Shown: positions 10,325 through 20,586 of the stretch, piece after piece
Numbering within the stretch: position 1 is the first letter of the stretch
How the letters are laid out: each line of letters opens with the position of its first letter
Assembly (NCBI RefSeq): GCF_000009045.1
Contig: NC_000964.3
Coordinates: 1,550,001 to 1,614,000, forward strand
DNA length: 64,000 nt
Source: Bacillus subtilis subsp. subtilis str. 168
GTDB lineage: Bacteria > Bacillota > Bacilli > Bacillales > Bacillaceae
Reading direction: 5' to 3'
Notes under the pieces: model-generated
Told to the model about the DNA's origin: nothing
Databases searched by the model: none
What the model saw: the letters and a program-made list of their open reading frames with translations, nothing else
Made by a program: the position numbers and the translations under genes

Positions 10325-10465
10325 TACATAGATGGCATTTTGAGTAAAAAAACTCATAATTTAAGAGAAGAGGAAATGTAAGTGCTTTATTGGTGATAGG
10401 TTGGATGGCGATAGATTTCGATCCGCTTTCCGCCTTTGTATTGACCAGAAAAGGGGTTGGGTGAA

Positions 10466-11536
10466 ATGGTAAAGCATTGGCGTCTTATTTTATTATTAGC
10501 CTTAGTGCCGCTTCTATTAAGCGGATGTGGAAAACCTTTTTTATCCACGCTCAAGCCTGCTGGCGAGGTGGCTGATAAACAGTATGACCTGACAGTGCTC
10601 AGCACATTGATTATGGTGGTTGTTGTTGCAGTAGTATCTGTTATCTTCTTTTATGTGATTGTGAGATTCAGAAGATCACGGGTCGGTGAGAACACGATAC
10701 CGAAACAGGTAGAGGGGAATAAATTTTTAGAAATCACATGGACCGTGATCCCGATTTTGCTGCTCATTATTCTTGTGATTCCTGTTGTATTATATACGCT
10801 GGAGCTAGCGGACACATCACCAATGGATAAAAAAGGCCGCAAAGCTGAGGATGCTCTTGTAGTCAATGTTAGGGCAAATTTATACTGGTGGGAGTTTGAG
10901 TACCCTGATTACGGCATTATCACAAGCCAGGAGCTGATTGTACCGACAGATCAGCGTGTATATTTTAATTTAAAAGCCTCTGATGTAAAACATTCCTTCT
11001 GGATTCCTTCAGTTGGAGGAAAACTTGATACGAATACGGATAATGAAAATAAGTTCTTCCTGACATTTGATTCAAAACGAAGCAAAGAGGCAGGAGATAT
11101 GTTTTTTGGGAAGTGTGCAGAGCTTTGCGGCCCTTCACATGCGCTGATGGATTTTAAGGTGAAGACGATGTCTGCAAAAGAATTTCAGGGCTGGACAAAA
11201 GAAATGAAGAACTATAAGTCTACAGCAGAGAGCGATTTGGCTAAGCAGGGTGAAGAACTGTTTAAAGAGAAAAACTGCCTGAGCTGCCATGCGGTAGAGC
11301 CGAATGATAAGCGTGCAGAAGCCGCTAGAACGGCACCTAACTTGGCGACCTTCGGTGAAAGGACAAAAGTGGCAGGGGTGAAAGAGGCCAACAAAGAAAA
11401 TGTGAAGGCTTGGCTGAAGGACCCTGACAGCATAAAGCCGGGGAACAAAATGACAGGCACATATCCAAAGCTCTCAGACAGCGAAACAAATGCGCTTTAT
11501 GAATACTTAAAAGGCTTAAAAGCGGAAAGCAAGTAG
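10466..11536 (+). CDS. ctaC: Cytochrome caa3 oxidase subunit II (CuA + cytochrome c), lipoprotein
   Basis: Lipobox LSGC, CuA motif CAELCGPSHALM and heme c motif CLSCH; 356 aa. Confidence 0.98.
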   Translation: MVKHWRLILLLALVPLLLSGCGKPFLSTLKPAGEVADKQYDLTVLSTLIMVVVVAVVSVIFFYVIVRFRRSRVGENTIPKQVEGNKFLEITWTVIPILLLIILVIPVVLYTLELADTSPMDKKGRKAEDALVVNVRANLYWWEFEYPDYGIITSQELIVPTDQRVYFNLKASDVKHSFWIPSVGGKLDTNTDNENKFFLTFDSKRSKEAGDMFFGKCAELCGPSHALMDFKVKTMSAKEFQGWTKEMKNYKSTAESDLAKQGEELFKEKNCLSCHAVEPNDKRAEAARTAPNLATFGERTKVAGVKEANKENVKAWLKDPDSIKPGNKMTGTYPKLSDSETNALYEYLKGLKAESK

Positions 11537-11568
11537 GGAAGAAAGGGAGATATTGGGGGAGGTCACAT

Positions 11569-13437
11569 ATGTTGAATGCGCTTACAGAAAAGCGGACGCG
11601 CGGATCTATGCTTTGGGATTATTTGACGACGGTGGACCATAAAAAAATCGCAATTCTTTATTTAGTGGCAGGGGGATTCTTCTTTCTTGTCGGGGGAATT
11701 GAAGCGATGTTTATCAGAATTCAGCTTGCAAAGCCGGAAAATGCGTTTCTCAGTGCTCAAGCGTACAATGAAGTAATGACTATGCACGGAACGACGATGA
11801 TCTTTCTGGCTGCGATGCCGCTCTTATTTGCCTTGATGAATGCGGTTGTGCCTTTGCAGATCGGGGCTCGGGACGTTTCGTTTCCATTTTTAAACGCGCT
11901 TGGTTTTTGGCTCTTCTTTTTCGGGGGCATTTTCTTAAATCTAAGCTGGTTTTTGGGCGGAGCGCCAGATGCGGGCTGGACATCATATGCCTCACTTTCG
12001 CTTCATTCTAAAGGGCACGGCATAGACTTTTTCGTCCTCGGACTCCAAATATCGGGGCTCGGGACGCTGATAGCCGGGATTAACTTTTTGGCCACGATTA
12101 TCAACATGAGGGCTCCGGGCATGACGTATATGAGGCTGCCTTTGTTTACATGGACGACATTTGTGGCCTCGGCATTGATTTTGTTCGCGTTTCCGCCGCT
12201 TACGGTTGGATTGGCTCTCATGATGCTGGATCGGCTGTTCGGAACCAATTTCTTTAATCCGGAGCTTGGCGGAAATACGGTCATTTGGGAACATTTATTT
12301 TGGATCTTCGGCCACCCGGAGGTTTATATCCTAATTTTGCCTGCATTCGGTATTTTTTCTGAGGTCATCCCTGTGTTCGCCAGAAAGCGTTTGTTTGGCT
12401 ATTCTTCAATGGTTTTTGCAATCGTGCTCATTGGCTTTCTGGGCTTTATGGTTTGGGTGCACCACATGTTCACGACTGGTCTCGGCCCGATTGCAAATGC
12501 GATTTTTGCGGTTGCAACAATGGCTATCGCGATTCCGACCGGGATTAAGATTTTTAACTGGCTGTTGACGATTTGGGGAGGAAATGTGAAGTATACAACC
12601 GCTATGCTGTATGCTGTCTCATTTATTCCATCCTTTGTGCTCGGCGGTGTGACGGGAGTCATGCTGGCAGCTGCTGCGGCTGATTATCAGTTTCATGATA
12701 CGTATTTTGTGGTTGCGCACTTCCACTACGTCATTATTGGCGGCGTTGTATTCGGCCTTTTAGCCGGTGTTCATTTCTGGTGGCCGAAAATGTTCGGTAA
12801 AATTCTGCATGAAACGATGGGGAAAATTTCATTTGTATTGTTTTTTATCGGCTTTCACCTCACGTTTTTCATTCAGCATTTTGTCGGCTTAATGGGGATG
12901 CCGCGCCGGGTTTATACGTTTTTGCCAGGACAGGGTCTGGAAACCGGCAACTTGATCAGTACAATCGGGGCGTTTTTTATGGCGGCAGCTGTTATTCTTC
13001 TGCTGGTCAATGTCATATGGACATCGGTAAAAGGTGAATATGTAGGTGCTGATCCATGGCATGACGGACGTACGCTGGAATGGACCGTTTCTTCACCGCC
13101 GCCGGAGTATAACTTTAAACAGCTTCCTTTTGTCAGAGGACTTGATCCGCTTTGGATCGAGAAGCAGGCAGGGCACAAATCAATGACGCCGGCGGAACCG
13201 GTTGATGATATTCATATGCCAAACGGCTCAATCCTGCCGCTCATCATTTCCTTCGGCCTTTTTGTCGCAGCGTTCGGGCTGCTGTACAGAAGTGATTACG
13301 CTTGGGGCCTGCCGGTGATCTTTATCGGGCTCGGCATCACATTTATTACGATGCTGCTTCGTTCAGTAATTGATGATCACGGCTATCATATTCATAAAGA
13401 GGAACTGCCGAACGATGATAAAGGGGTGAAGGCATAA
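11569..13437 (+). CDS. ctaD: Cytochrome caa3 oxidase subunit I
   Basis: Heme-copper oxidase motifs WIFGHPEVY, VWVHH and HFHYV. Confidence 0.99.
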   Translation: MLNALTEKRTRGSMLWDYLTTVDHKKIAILYLVAGGFFFLVGGIEAMFIRIQLAKPENAFLSAQAYNEVMTMHGTTMIFLAAMPLLFALMNAVVPLQIGARDVSFPFLNALGFWLFFFGGIFLNLSWFLGGAPDAGWTSYASLSLHSKGHGIDFFVLGLQISGLGTLIAGINFLATIINMRAPGMTYMRLPLFTWTTFVASALILFAFPPLTVGLALMMLDRLFGTNFFNPELGGNTVIWEHLFWIFGHPEVYILILPAFGIFSEVIPVFARKRLFGYSSMVFAIVLIGFLGFMVWVHHMFTTGLGPIANAIFAVATMAIAIPTGIKIFNWLLTIWGGNVKYTTAMLYAVSFIPSFVLGGVTGVMLAAAAADYQFHDTYFVVAHFHYVIIGGVVFGLLAGVHFWWPKMFGKILHETMGKISFVLFFIGFHLTFFIQHFVGLMGMPRRVYTFLPGQGLETGNLISTIGAFFMAAAVILLLVNVIWTSVKGEYVGADPWHDGRTLEWTVSSPPPEYNFKQLPFVRGLDPLWIEKQAGHKSMTPAEPVDDIHMPNGSILPLIISFGLFVAAFGLLYRSDYAWGLPVIFIGLGITFITMLLRSVIDDHGYHIHKEELPNDDKGVKA

Positions 13438-14060
13438 TGCAAGTTCAAGAAAAATTCACCGCAGAAACCTTTCCAGCTTCTCCTGAAAAAGTAACCCTGG
13501 AAGGGAAAAATAAATTTTTAGGCTTTTGGCTTTTTCTTGGCGGAGAGACTGTTCTGTTTGCGTCTCTCTTCGCCACGTTTCTTGCGCTTCGGAATTCAAA
13601 TGCCGGTGATCCGCCTACGACGGAAATGTTCGATGTGACACTTGTATTCATTGCCACAATGCTTCTATTAACGAGCAGTTTAACGAGTGTGTACGCGATG
13701 TACCACATGAAGAACTTTTCCTTCGGCAAGATGCAGCTTTGGCTGGGAATTACGATTTTATTGGGGGCGGGCTTTTTAGGACTGGAAATCTATGAGTTCA
13801 AGCATTACACCCATGAATTTGGCTTTACCATCACAAGCTCTGCCCTTGGTTCTGCGTTTTACACGCTTGTCGGTACACACGGCGCCCACGTGGCATTTGG
13901 GCTTATGTGGATCAGCACGCTTATGATCCGCAATGCCAAGAGAGGGCTGAATCTGTATACGGCGCCTAAGTTTTACGTTGCCAGCCTTTATTGGCACTTT
14001 ATTGATGTCGTGTGGGTCTTCATCTTTACCGTTGTATATTTAATGGGGATGGTGGGATAA
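13437..14060 (+). CDS. ctaE: Cytochrome caa3 oxidase subunit III
   Basis: GTHGAHV and YWHFIDVVW motifs; TAATG overlap with ctaD. Confidence 0.97.
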   Translation: MQVQEKFTAETFPASPEKVTLEGKNKFLGFWLFLGGETVLFASLFATFLALRNSNAGDPPTTEMFDVTLVFIATMLLLTSSLTSVYAMYHMKNFSFGKMQLWLGITILLGAGFLGLEIYEFKHYTHEFGFTITSSALGSAFYTLVGTHGAHVAFGLMWISTLMIRNAKRGLNLYTAPKFYVASLYWHFIDVVWVFIFTVVYLMGMVG

Positions 14061-14062
14061 AC

Positions 14063-14395
14063 ATGGTCGATAAAAAAAGCAGAGGGCATATCAATAGCGA
14101 CCTTGAATTTAAGAAAAAAAAGCATGCCCGGGAGATGAAATATCAAGTCCTGTCTTTTGGTTTAATGATCGGTCTTACGATTGTTGCATTTCTGACTGTG
14201 GCCACGGACGGTGTCGGCAGCTGGTTTACGATTCCTTTCATTATTTTGCTAGCTGCAATTCAAGTCATTTTTCAGCTGTATTATTTCATGCATATGAATC
14301 AGAAAGGGCATGAGGCGCCGGCACTGTTTTTGTATTCAGGGGTGTTTGTCGCGTTTATCACTGTGCTTGCGTTTGTGACAATTATATGGTGGTAA
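14063..14395 (+). CDS. ctaF: Cytochrome caa3 oxidase subunit IV
   Basis: QVIFQLYYFMHM motif; 110 aa. Confidence 0.95.
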   Translation: MVDKKSRGHINSDLEFKKKKHAREMKYQVLSFGLMIGLTIVAFLTVATDGVGSWFTIPFIILLAAIQVIFQLYYFMHMNQKGHEAPALFLYSGVFVAFITVLAFVTIIWW

Positions 14396-14421
14396 TTTGA
14401 ACAGCCGCCGGAGGTGAAGAA

Positions 14422-15315
14422 ATGAATCAGTTGGAGATATTTGGGTTTCGCGCGATGTGGAGCCCTTATCTTTTTTGTATCCTGTTAGGCATTACGGCGC
14501 TTTATCTCTATTTTTACAGGCGAATGTCTTCAAAGCCGAATCGAATAACTGGTAAAGAGATGGTGTGCTTTCTGTCGGCGATGCTGTTTTTATATGCAGC
14601 CGAGGGAAGCCCGGTTGATCTGCTCGGACATATTATGTTCAGTGCGCATATGGTGCAGATGGCCGTCCTGTATTTGGTTGTCCCGCCGCTGTTAATCGCG
14701 GGGATTCCTGCATGGCTCTGGGAAAAAATCATTTTCAGGCCTTCAATCAAACCGGTTTTTTCCTTTTTTACGACGCCTTTAATTGCTTTGCTTTTGTTTA
14801 ACGGCATTTTTTCTTTATATCATGTACCGCTTATATTTGATACTGTCAAAACAGATCCGTTTTACCATACATTAATCACTTGGCTTATCTTTGTGCTTGC
14901 GTTCTTCATGTGGTGGCCGCTTGTTCATAAGGTTGAGCGTCTACGGCAGCTCAGCGGCTTGATGAAGCTGGGTTATATTATGGCGGACGGTATGCTGCTC
15001 ACACCTGCTTGCGCCTTGATCATGTTCAGCGGTGCACCGTTATACGCCACCTATACAGATCCGGCTTTATGGGCTGAGGCAATGAGGCTTTGCGTGCCAG
15101 CGGATATGATGGGGCAGGTCCCATTAACAGGGCCAGAGATGTTGAATACACTGCCTTTGTTAGAGGATCAGCAGCTCGGAGCAGTCATGATGAAAATCAT
15201 TCAGGAAATTGTGTACGGTACTTTTTTGGCCGTTATTTTTTTCCAATGGGTGAAGAAAGAAAGGGAAAAGGACGGGCAGGAGGAGCCGCCGTATATTCAG
15301 CAGACGATATCATAA
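14422..15315 (+). CDS. ctaG: caa3 oxidase assembly factor
   Basis: FSAHMVQM and [10 protein letters not shown] (Caa3_CtaG family); SD GGAGGTG. Confidence 0.95.
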
Positions 15316-15344
15316 AAGGTACAGCGAAATATGCTGTACCTTTT
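15314..15344. terminator. Bidirectional terminator ctaG/ylbA
   Basis: AAAAGGTACAGC/GCTGTACCTTTT between convergent stop codons. Confidence 0.88.
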
Positions 15345-15346
15345 CG

Positions 15347-15709
15347 TTACATTTGAACTGTTTTTAACATGTTGGCTATGTCCTGAATCAGTGCCTTGCT
15401 TTTTGTCACAACCTGTACGGGAAACTCTTCCGTTTCTCCATATTCTACTCCATGAGGGTAGTAATGCTTTCCTAGGAGAGGGGACATTAATTGAATCACG
15501 GCGCGCCCGCTTCCGACATCGCCTTCTGCCGCAATACCTTGTATCCGCAGGTAAAACGTACCCTCAATCGTCGAAAACTTCTTGTCATAGGTGACTCTCT
15601 CGTAATCCCATTGACCCGCTCTGATAAGACCTTTGCTTTCCATTAAGTCGTCTAGCCAGCTGAGCTCAGCCTTAACCCCTTCAAGTCCGCTTTCAGTAAA
15701 CTTCAACAC
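15347..15709 (-). CDS. ylbA: YugN-like family protein
   Basis: GTG (or adjacent TTG) start after AGGAGG; WDYERVTYD...YLRIQG...HYYPHGVEY signature. Confidence 0.9.
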   Translation of the reverse strand: MLKFTESGLEGVKAELSWLDDLMESKGLIRAGQWDYERVTYDKKFSTIEGTFYLRIQGIAAEGDVGSGRAVIQLMSPLLGKHYYPHGVEYGETEEFPVQVVTKSKALIQDIANMLKTVQM

Positions 15710-15743
15710 TGACCCCTCCTTATAAAAATTACCTTTCCTGACA

Positions 15744-15772
15744 ATCATAGTATGAAAGCGTTAAACTTTCAA
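15744..15772 (-). promoter_or_regulatory. SigA promoter of ylbA with a cre-like site in the spacer
   Basis: Minus strand TTGAAA-17-TATGAT; ATGAAAGCGTTAAA at 15752-15765 resembles cre. Confidence 0.55.
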
Positions 15773-15792
15773 TGAATCTTCTTCTTTTGAAA

Positions 15793-15822
15793 GTATGCAA
15801 AAATTAAATTTTGACGACAATA
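15793..15822 (+). promoter_or_regulatory. SigF-type promoter candidate for ylbB-ylbC
   Basis: GTATG-15-GACGACAATA versus consensus GYATA-15-GGnnAnAHTR. Confidence 0.45.
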
Positions 15823-15848
15823 GCACTAGACTAAAGGAGGTTAAACGG

Positions 15849-16295
15849 ATGACAAAAATAAAAGATCTGATGACAGCCGACTTGCAATATTGCACGGTAT
15901 TAGATAATGTATATGAAGCTGCAGTAAAGATGAAGGACGCAAATGTAGGAGCGATACCGGTAGTTGATGAGGACGGGGAAACATTGGTCGGCATCGTAAC
16001 CGACCGCGATCTCGTATTAAGAGGAATCGCCATCAAAAAACCGAACTCGCAAAAAATCACTGACGCGATGACTGAAAAACCTGTCAGTGTGGAGGAAGAT
16101 GCTTCAGTCGATGAGGTTCTTCATTTGATGGCATCGCATCAGCTCAGAAGGATACCAGTTACAAAAAATAAAAAACTGACTGGAATTGTCACGCTTGGTG
16201 ATCTTTCTTTATCTGAGCAAACGAATGAACGTGCCGGCAGCGCCTTATCGGATATTTCCGAAGGGGATAATAGAGAAGAAGGCTTTTTTCATTAA
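15849..16295 (+). CDS. ylbB: CBS-domain protein
   Basis: Two CBS repeats (GAIPVVD...GIVTDRD; RRIPV...GIVTLGD); SD AAGGAGGT. Confidence 0.93.
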   Translation: MTKIKDLMTADLQYCTVLDNVYEAAVKMKDANVGAIPVVDEDGETLVGIVTDRDLVLRGIAIKKPNSQKITDAMTEKPVSVEEDASVDEVLHLMASHQLRRIPVTKNKKLTGIVTLGDLSLSEQTNERAGSALSDISEGDNREEGFFH

Positions 16296-16378
16296 CACAT
16301 AAATCTTTGACATGTTAAATAGGCTGTATTGTAATGGGATGTAAACAAGAGATTGTGAATCGCCACGGGGGTGATAGA

Positions 16379-17419
16379 TTGAAAAATATATTGAGAGCAA
16401 TGGTTATCCTTTTGATTATCTGCGGAACCTATGTTCTGTTTATTCAATATGGATCTGTTCCTGAAAAGAAATCAAATGACAGCGAGCCTCAGGTGTCGAA
16501 TGAGGAAGCGCAAAGCGGCAAACGAATACATATGCCGACTTCAGGGTTATTGTCCTTCATGGGCAAGCACGCCGATGAAGTAACGAAAAAGCTTGGGGAA
16601 CCTGAACGTATTGACCCTTCGGCTTATGATTACGATTGGTGGGTATACAATCAAGGTAAGGATCAATATATCCAAATCGGGGTATTAAACAATAAAGTGG
16701 TCACATTATTCGCGTCGGGTAATGATATTAACGCCAAGCCTTTCAAAATTGGAGAATCAACTGGCGAAGTATTCAAGACCACCCAGGTGGCACCATTTGT
16801 GAATGTAGAGTATAAAGGAAATTCCTATCGGTTTGAATTTTCTGAAGAAGATATCAATACAAGACCGACTGTAAAGGTAGGAAAGATGTATGTCCAGCTG
16901 TATATGGACAAATTTGAGGGGAAGCTATCCAGCATCAGGGCGTTTGATGCGCAGACCTTTGTAAAGCAAAGACCTTATGAGGTAGTGTACCGCGGGGAAT
17001 TAATTAAACCGAAAGCCGTTTCAGATGAGAAATGGAAAAAGATCCAAACAACGAGCGAAAAGCAAATCCTTGATTTGACGAATGTCATACGCGTTAAACA
17101 TGGACTTGCGAAGCTTGAGTGGGATCAGCCAACGGCGGAAGTGGCATTTGGGCATAGTGAGGATATGAAGGAAAATAATTATTTCTCCCATGTCTCTAAA
17201 AAATACGGCTCGCTGAAAGACCGCTTAGAAGAAGGGCATGTTGATTTTCAGCAAGCGGGAGAAAATATCGCATACAATTATGTGGACGGTCCGGCTGCTG
17301 TAGAAGGCTGGCTGAATAGCGAAGGCCATCGAAAAGCGCTTCTGAATTCAGATTATACGCATCTTGGTGTCGGAGTAGACCGGAAATATTACACCCAAAA
17401 CTTTATTAAGCGATGGTAA
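16379..17419 (+). CDS. ylbC: Membrane-anchored CAP/SCP-domain protein
   Basis: N-terminal TM segment; CAP motifs HSEDM...YFSH, GENIAY and WLNSEGHRKALL; TTG start. Confidence 0.92.
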   Translation: MKNILRAMVILLIICGTYVLFIQYGSVPEKKSNDSEPQVSNEEAQSGKRIHMPTSGLLSFMGKHADEVTKKLGEPERIDPSAYDYDWWVYNQGKDQYIQIGVLNNKVVTLFASGNDINAKPFKIGESTGEVFKTTQVAPFVNVEYKGNSYRFEFSEEDINTRPTVKVGKMYVQLYMDKFEGKLSSIRAFDAQTFVKQRPYEVVYRGELIKPKAVSDEKWKKIQTTSEKQILDLTNVIRVKHGLAKLEWDQPTAEVAFGHSEDMKENNYFSHVSKKYGSLKDRLEEGHVDFQQAGENIAYNYVDGPAAVEGWLNSEGHRKALLNSDYTHLGVGVDRKYYTQNFIKRW

Positions 17420-17420
17420 T

Positions 17421-17454
17421 GAAAGCCGCGGACGAATGGTTCCCGGCTTTTTCT
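17421..17454 (+). terminator. Terminator of ylbC
   Basis: AAAGCCG/CGGCTTT stem plus T-tract. Confidence 0.7.
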
Positions 17455-17650
17455 ATTTCCATACAAGCTGGTCTGAATGAATGTGCTGATAGCTTACAGA
17501 TAAGGCCGTTTCCCATCCCTTCAGTCAGGCTTTTTCACCAGTGTATAGGGATATCGCTAAAAATTCATTTGGGAATGAATATAGGCGAACACAATGCCCG
17601 ACAAAACGATACATTGTAGTAGGTAACGATTTTCGGAGGGGGTGAGGATT

Positions 17651-18049
17651 GTGGCGAATCAACATGCCAATCATTCAATCAATGACTTTAAACAATTCGT
17701 CAAAAAGCATCCCAAGCTGATAAAAGAAGTGCGCAAAGAACAAAGAAGCTGGCAGGACGTATATGAAAATTGGGTCCTCTTCGGGGAGAGCGACCCGATT
17801 TGGGATCCATATCGGGAACCGGAAGAAGCTTCTGAAGCTGTGCCTGAAACACCGCAAAAAAATGATTTTGTCTCGAAAATGGTGACAGCGGTGAAAAAGA
17901 TGGATGTCAATCAAATGAACGAACAAATCAATAAAATGAGCCAGTCGATCTCATCGTTGCAAAGCCTTCTTAATACATTTTCCGGAAGCGGACAGAAGCA
18001 TTCTCAGCCAGGCTCTGGACAGCATCCTTTTTCTTTTCGAAAGGATTAA
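17651..18049 (+). CDS. ylbD: Spore coat protein YlbD
   Basis: FKQFVKKHPKL...WQDVYENWVLFGE and PFSFRKD C-terminus; GTG after GGAGG. Confidence 0.92.
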   Translation: MANQHANHSINDFKQFVKKHPKLIKEVRKEQRSWQDVYENWVLFGESDPIWDPYREPEEASEAVPETPQKNDFVSKMVTAVKKMDVNQMNEQINKMSQSISSLQSLLNTFSGSGQKHSQPGSGQHPFSFRKD

Positions 18050-18064
18050 AAAAGGGGAGCTCAT

Positions 18065-18304
18065 ATGCGCAAAGAGGTTCAGGAATATATTTTAGCAAAC
18101 GAAGAACGGAAACGATTCATCAGAGAACAGCCGATATGGTACCGCAGGCTTTCAAGAAAACCGGATGATCTGTCCTCCTTTCAGCTTGAAATGATGAATT
18201 TTTATGAAAAAACCATTCCGCATCGGGTGAATCAGTTTACGAACGGGATTCAAATGGCGCAAATGATGATGCAAATGTTTCAAGCGATGCGGACAAAAGA
18301 TTAA
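18065..18304 (+). CDS. ylbE: YlbE-like sporulation protein
   Basis: FIREQPIWYRRLSR signature; SD AAGGGGAG; 79 aa. Confidence 0.92.
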   Translation: MRKEVQEYILANEERKRFIREQPIWYRRLSRKPDDLSSFQLEMMNFYEKTIPHRVNQFTNGIQMAQMMMQMFQAMRTKD

Positions 18305-18329
18305 AAGGCCCCGAAGAAGGGTCTTTTTT
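18303..18329 (+). terminator. Terminator of ylbD-ylbE
   Basis: AAAAGGCCC/GGGTCTTTT stem plus T-tract. Confidence 0.8.
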
Positions 18330-18419
18330 CATGCGGTCATAAGGTTTTGTTGGCGGCTGCGGTTAAGCATTTTCCAATTGGCTGGTTTCATGGTAAACTA
18401 ACAACTGGAGGTGCATGTT

Positions 18420-18869
18420 ATGTATGCGACGATGGAATCCGTGCGGCTTCAAAGTGAAGCTCAGCAGCTTGCCGAGATGATTCTGCAGTCGGAGACGGCT
18501 GAGAACTACCGCAATTGTTACAAGCGTCTCCAGGAAGATGAAGAGGCAGGTCGGATTATTCGTTCTTTTATCAAAATAAAAGAGCAGTATGAGGATGTAC
18601 AGCGTTTTGGCAAATATCATCCTGACTATAGAGAAATATCCCGGAAAATGAGGGAGATCAAACGTGAGCTGGACCTGAACGATAAGGTGGCTGACTTCAA
18701 GAGAGCTGAAAATGAGCTCCAGTCCATTCTTGATGAGGTCAGCGTTGAGATTGGGACAGCTGTTTCGGAGCATGTGAAAGTTCCGACTGGGAACCCTTAT
18801 TTTGACGGTTTGTCTTCATGCGGAGGCGGCTGCGGTTCAGGCGGAAGCTGCGGATGTAAAGTGTCCTGA
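18420..18869 (+). CDS. ricF: RicF (YlbF), Y-complex subunit for RNase Y-dependent mRNA maturation, competence and biofilm
   Basis: Com_YlbF family (RFGKYHPDY, VKVPTGNPYF) with Cys-rich tail CGGGCGSGGSCGC; 149 aa. Confidence 0.95.
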   Translation: MYATMESVRLQSEAQQLAEMILQSETAENYRNCYKRLQEDEEAGRIIRSFIKIKEQYEDVQRFGKYHPDYREISRKMREIKRELDLNDKVADFKRAENELQSILDEVSVEIGTAVSEHVKVPTGNPYFDGLSSCGGGCGSGGSCGCKVS

Positions 18870-18923
18870 CGAGACTGGCCGTCTCGTCTTTTACATATAA
18901 GAGAAAACAGGCAGGTGATTGTA

Positions 18924-19196
18924 TTGGAGAATAGGCGCCAGGGCATGGTTGTGTATCTGCACTCCCTAAAGCAGAGCAAAATGCTGAGGAAGTTCGGGAA
19001 TGTGCACTATGTATCAAAACGATTAAAATATGTCGTACTGTACTGTGATATGGACCAAATTGAAAAAACAATGGACAAGATTGCGTCTTACTCATTTGTG
19101 AAAAAAGTGGAGCCTTCTTATAAACCGTTTTTAAAATTGGAATTCGAGTCAAAGCTTGATAAGGCAAAAGAATACGATTATAAAATCGGCATATAG
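18924..19196 (+). CDS. ylbG: UPF0298 (DUF2129) protein
   Basis: TTG after AGGTGA; [20 protein letters not shown] signature; 90 aa. Confidence 0.92.
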   Translation: MENRRQGMVVYLHSLKQSKMLRKFGNVHYVSKRLKYVVLYCDMDQIEKTMDKIASYSFVKKVEPSYKPFLKLEFESKLDKAKEYDYKIGI

Positions 19197-19199
19197 CTA

Positions 19200-19346
19200 T
19201 AAAAAAATCCCCGCAGGCATCTGCGGGGTCCTTCTATTCCTTAATATGTTAAGGAGAAGGCAAAGGGAGAGGAGAAACCGGAGGAAGAACTTATGGGGAA
19301 ACGTAAGTCTTCTCCGCGGTTGGCAACAACATCCTCTAGATGCTGT
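19200..19346 (-). ncRNA. csfG: CsfG forespore-specific small RNA (~147 nt)
   Basis: Lies in the ylbG-ylbH intergenic region. Minus-strand promoter at one end, terminator CCCCGCAG/CTGCGGGG + T7 at the other, internal hairpins and C/U-rich tracts. Location recognised from the literature. Confidence 0.88.
19201..19229 (-). terminator. Terminator of csfG (may also stop ricF-ylbG)
   Basis: 8-bp GC-rich stem with T7 tail on the minus strand. Confidence 0.85.
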
Positions 19347-19352
19347 TGCTTA

Positions 19353-19382
19353 TAGTATGGACAAGGATCATGCTGCCTATAC
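19353..19382 (-). promoter_or_regulatory. SigF/SigG promoter of csfG
   Basis: Minus strand GTATA-18-CATACTA (equivalently GTATA-15-GTCCATACTA). Confidence 0.8.
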
Positions 19383-19407
19383 ACCTGTTTATCAAGATTA
19401 GCGTTCA

Positions 19408-19436
19408 TTGTTTGGAAGAATGCTTTATGTTAAGAT
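19408..19436 (+). promoter_or_regulatory. SigA promoter for rsmD-coaD
   Basis: TTGTTT-17-TAAGAT with extended -10 TG. Confidence 0.55.
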
Positions 19437-19518
19437 AGGATTGATTTTTTTCTATGTACATAGCGGCGTCCGGCCGAATAAAGAAACAAAATAGCTTTTA
19501 GAAAAAGTGGTGTGGAAC

Positions 19519-20573
<1,055 letters not shown>

Positions 20574-20586
<13 letters not shown>

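Noticed and set aside
10376-10390. cre-like ATGTAAGTGCTTTAT upstream of ctaC
   Set aside because: Lacks the central CG and terminal CA; too degenerate to call.
11780-13178. Multiple minus-strand ORFs within ctaD
   Set aside because: Antisense open frames typical of hydrophobic, codon-biased genes.
18363-19167. Minus-strand ORFs of 136 and 142 aa opposite ricF/ylbG
   Set aside because: Antisense shadows with no SD or recognisable motifs.
19156-19401. 81-aa plus-strand ORF over the ylbG-rsmD gap
   Set aside because: It is the antisense of csfG, runs through its terminator and promoter, and has no SD. The purine-rich RRRQRERR stretch just mirrors the sRNA pyrimidine tract.
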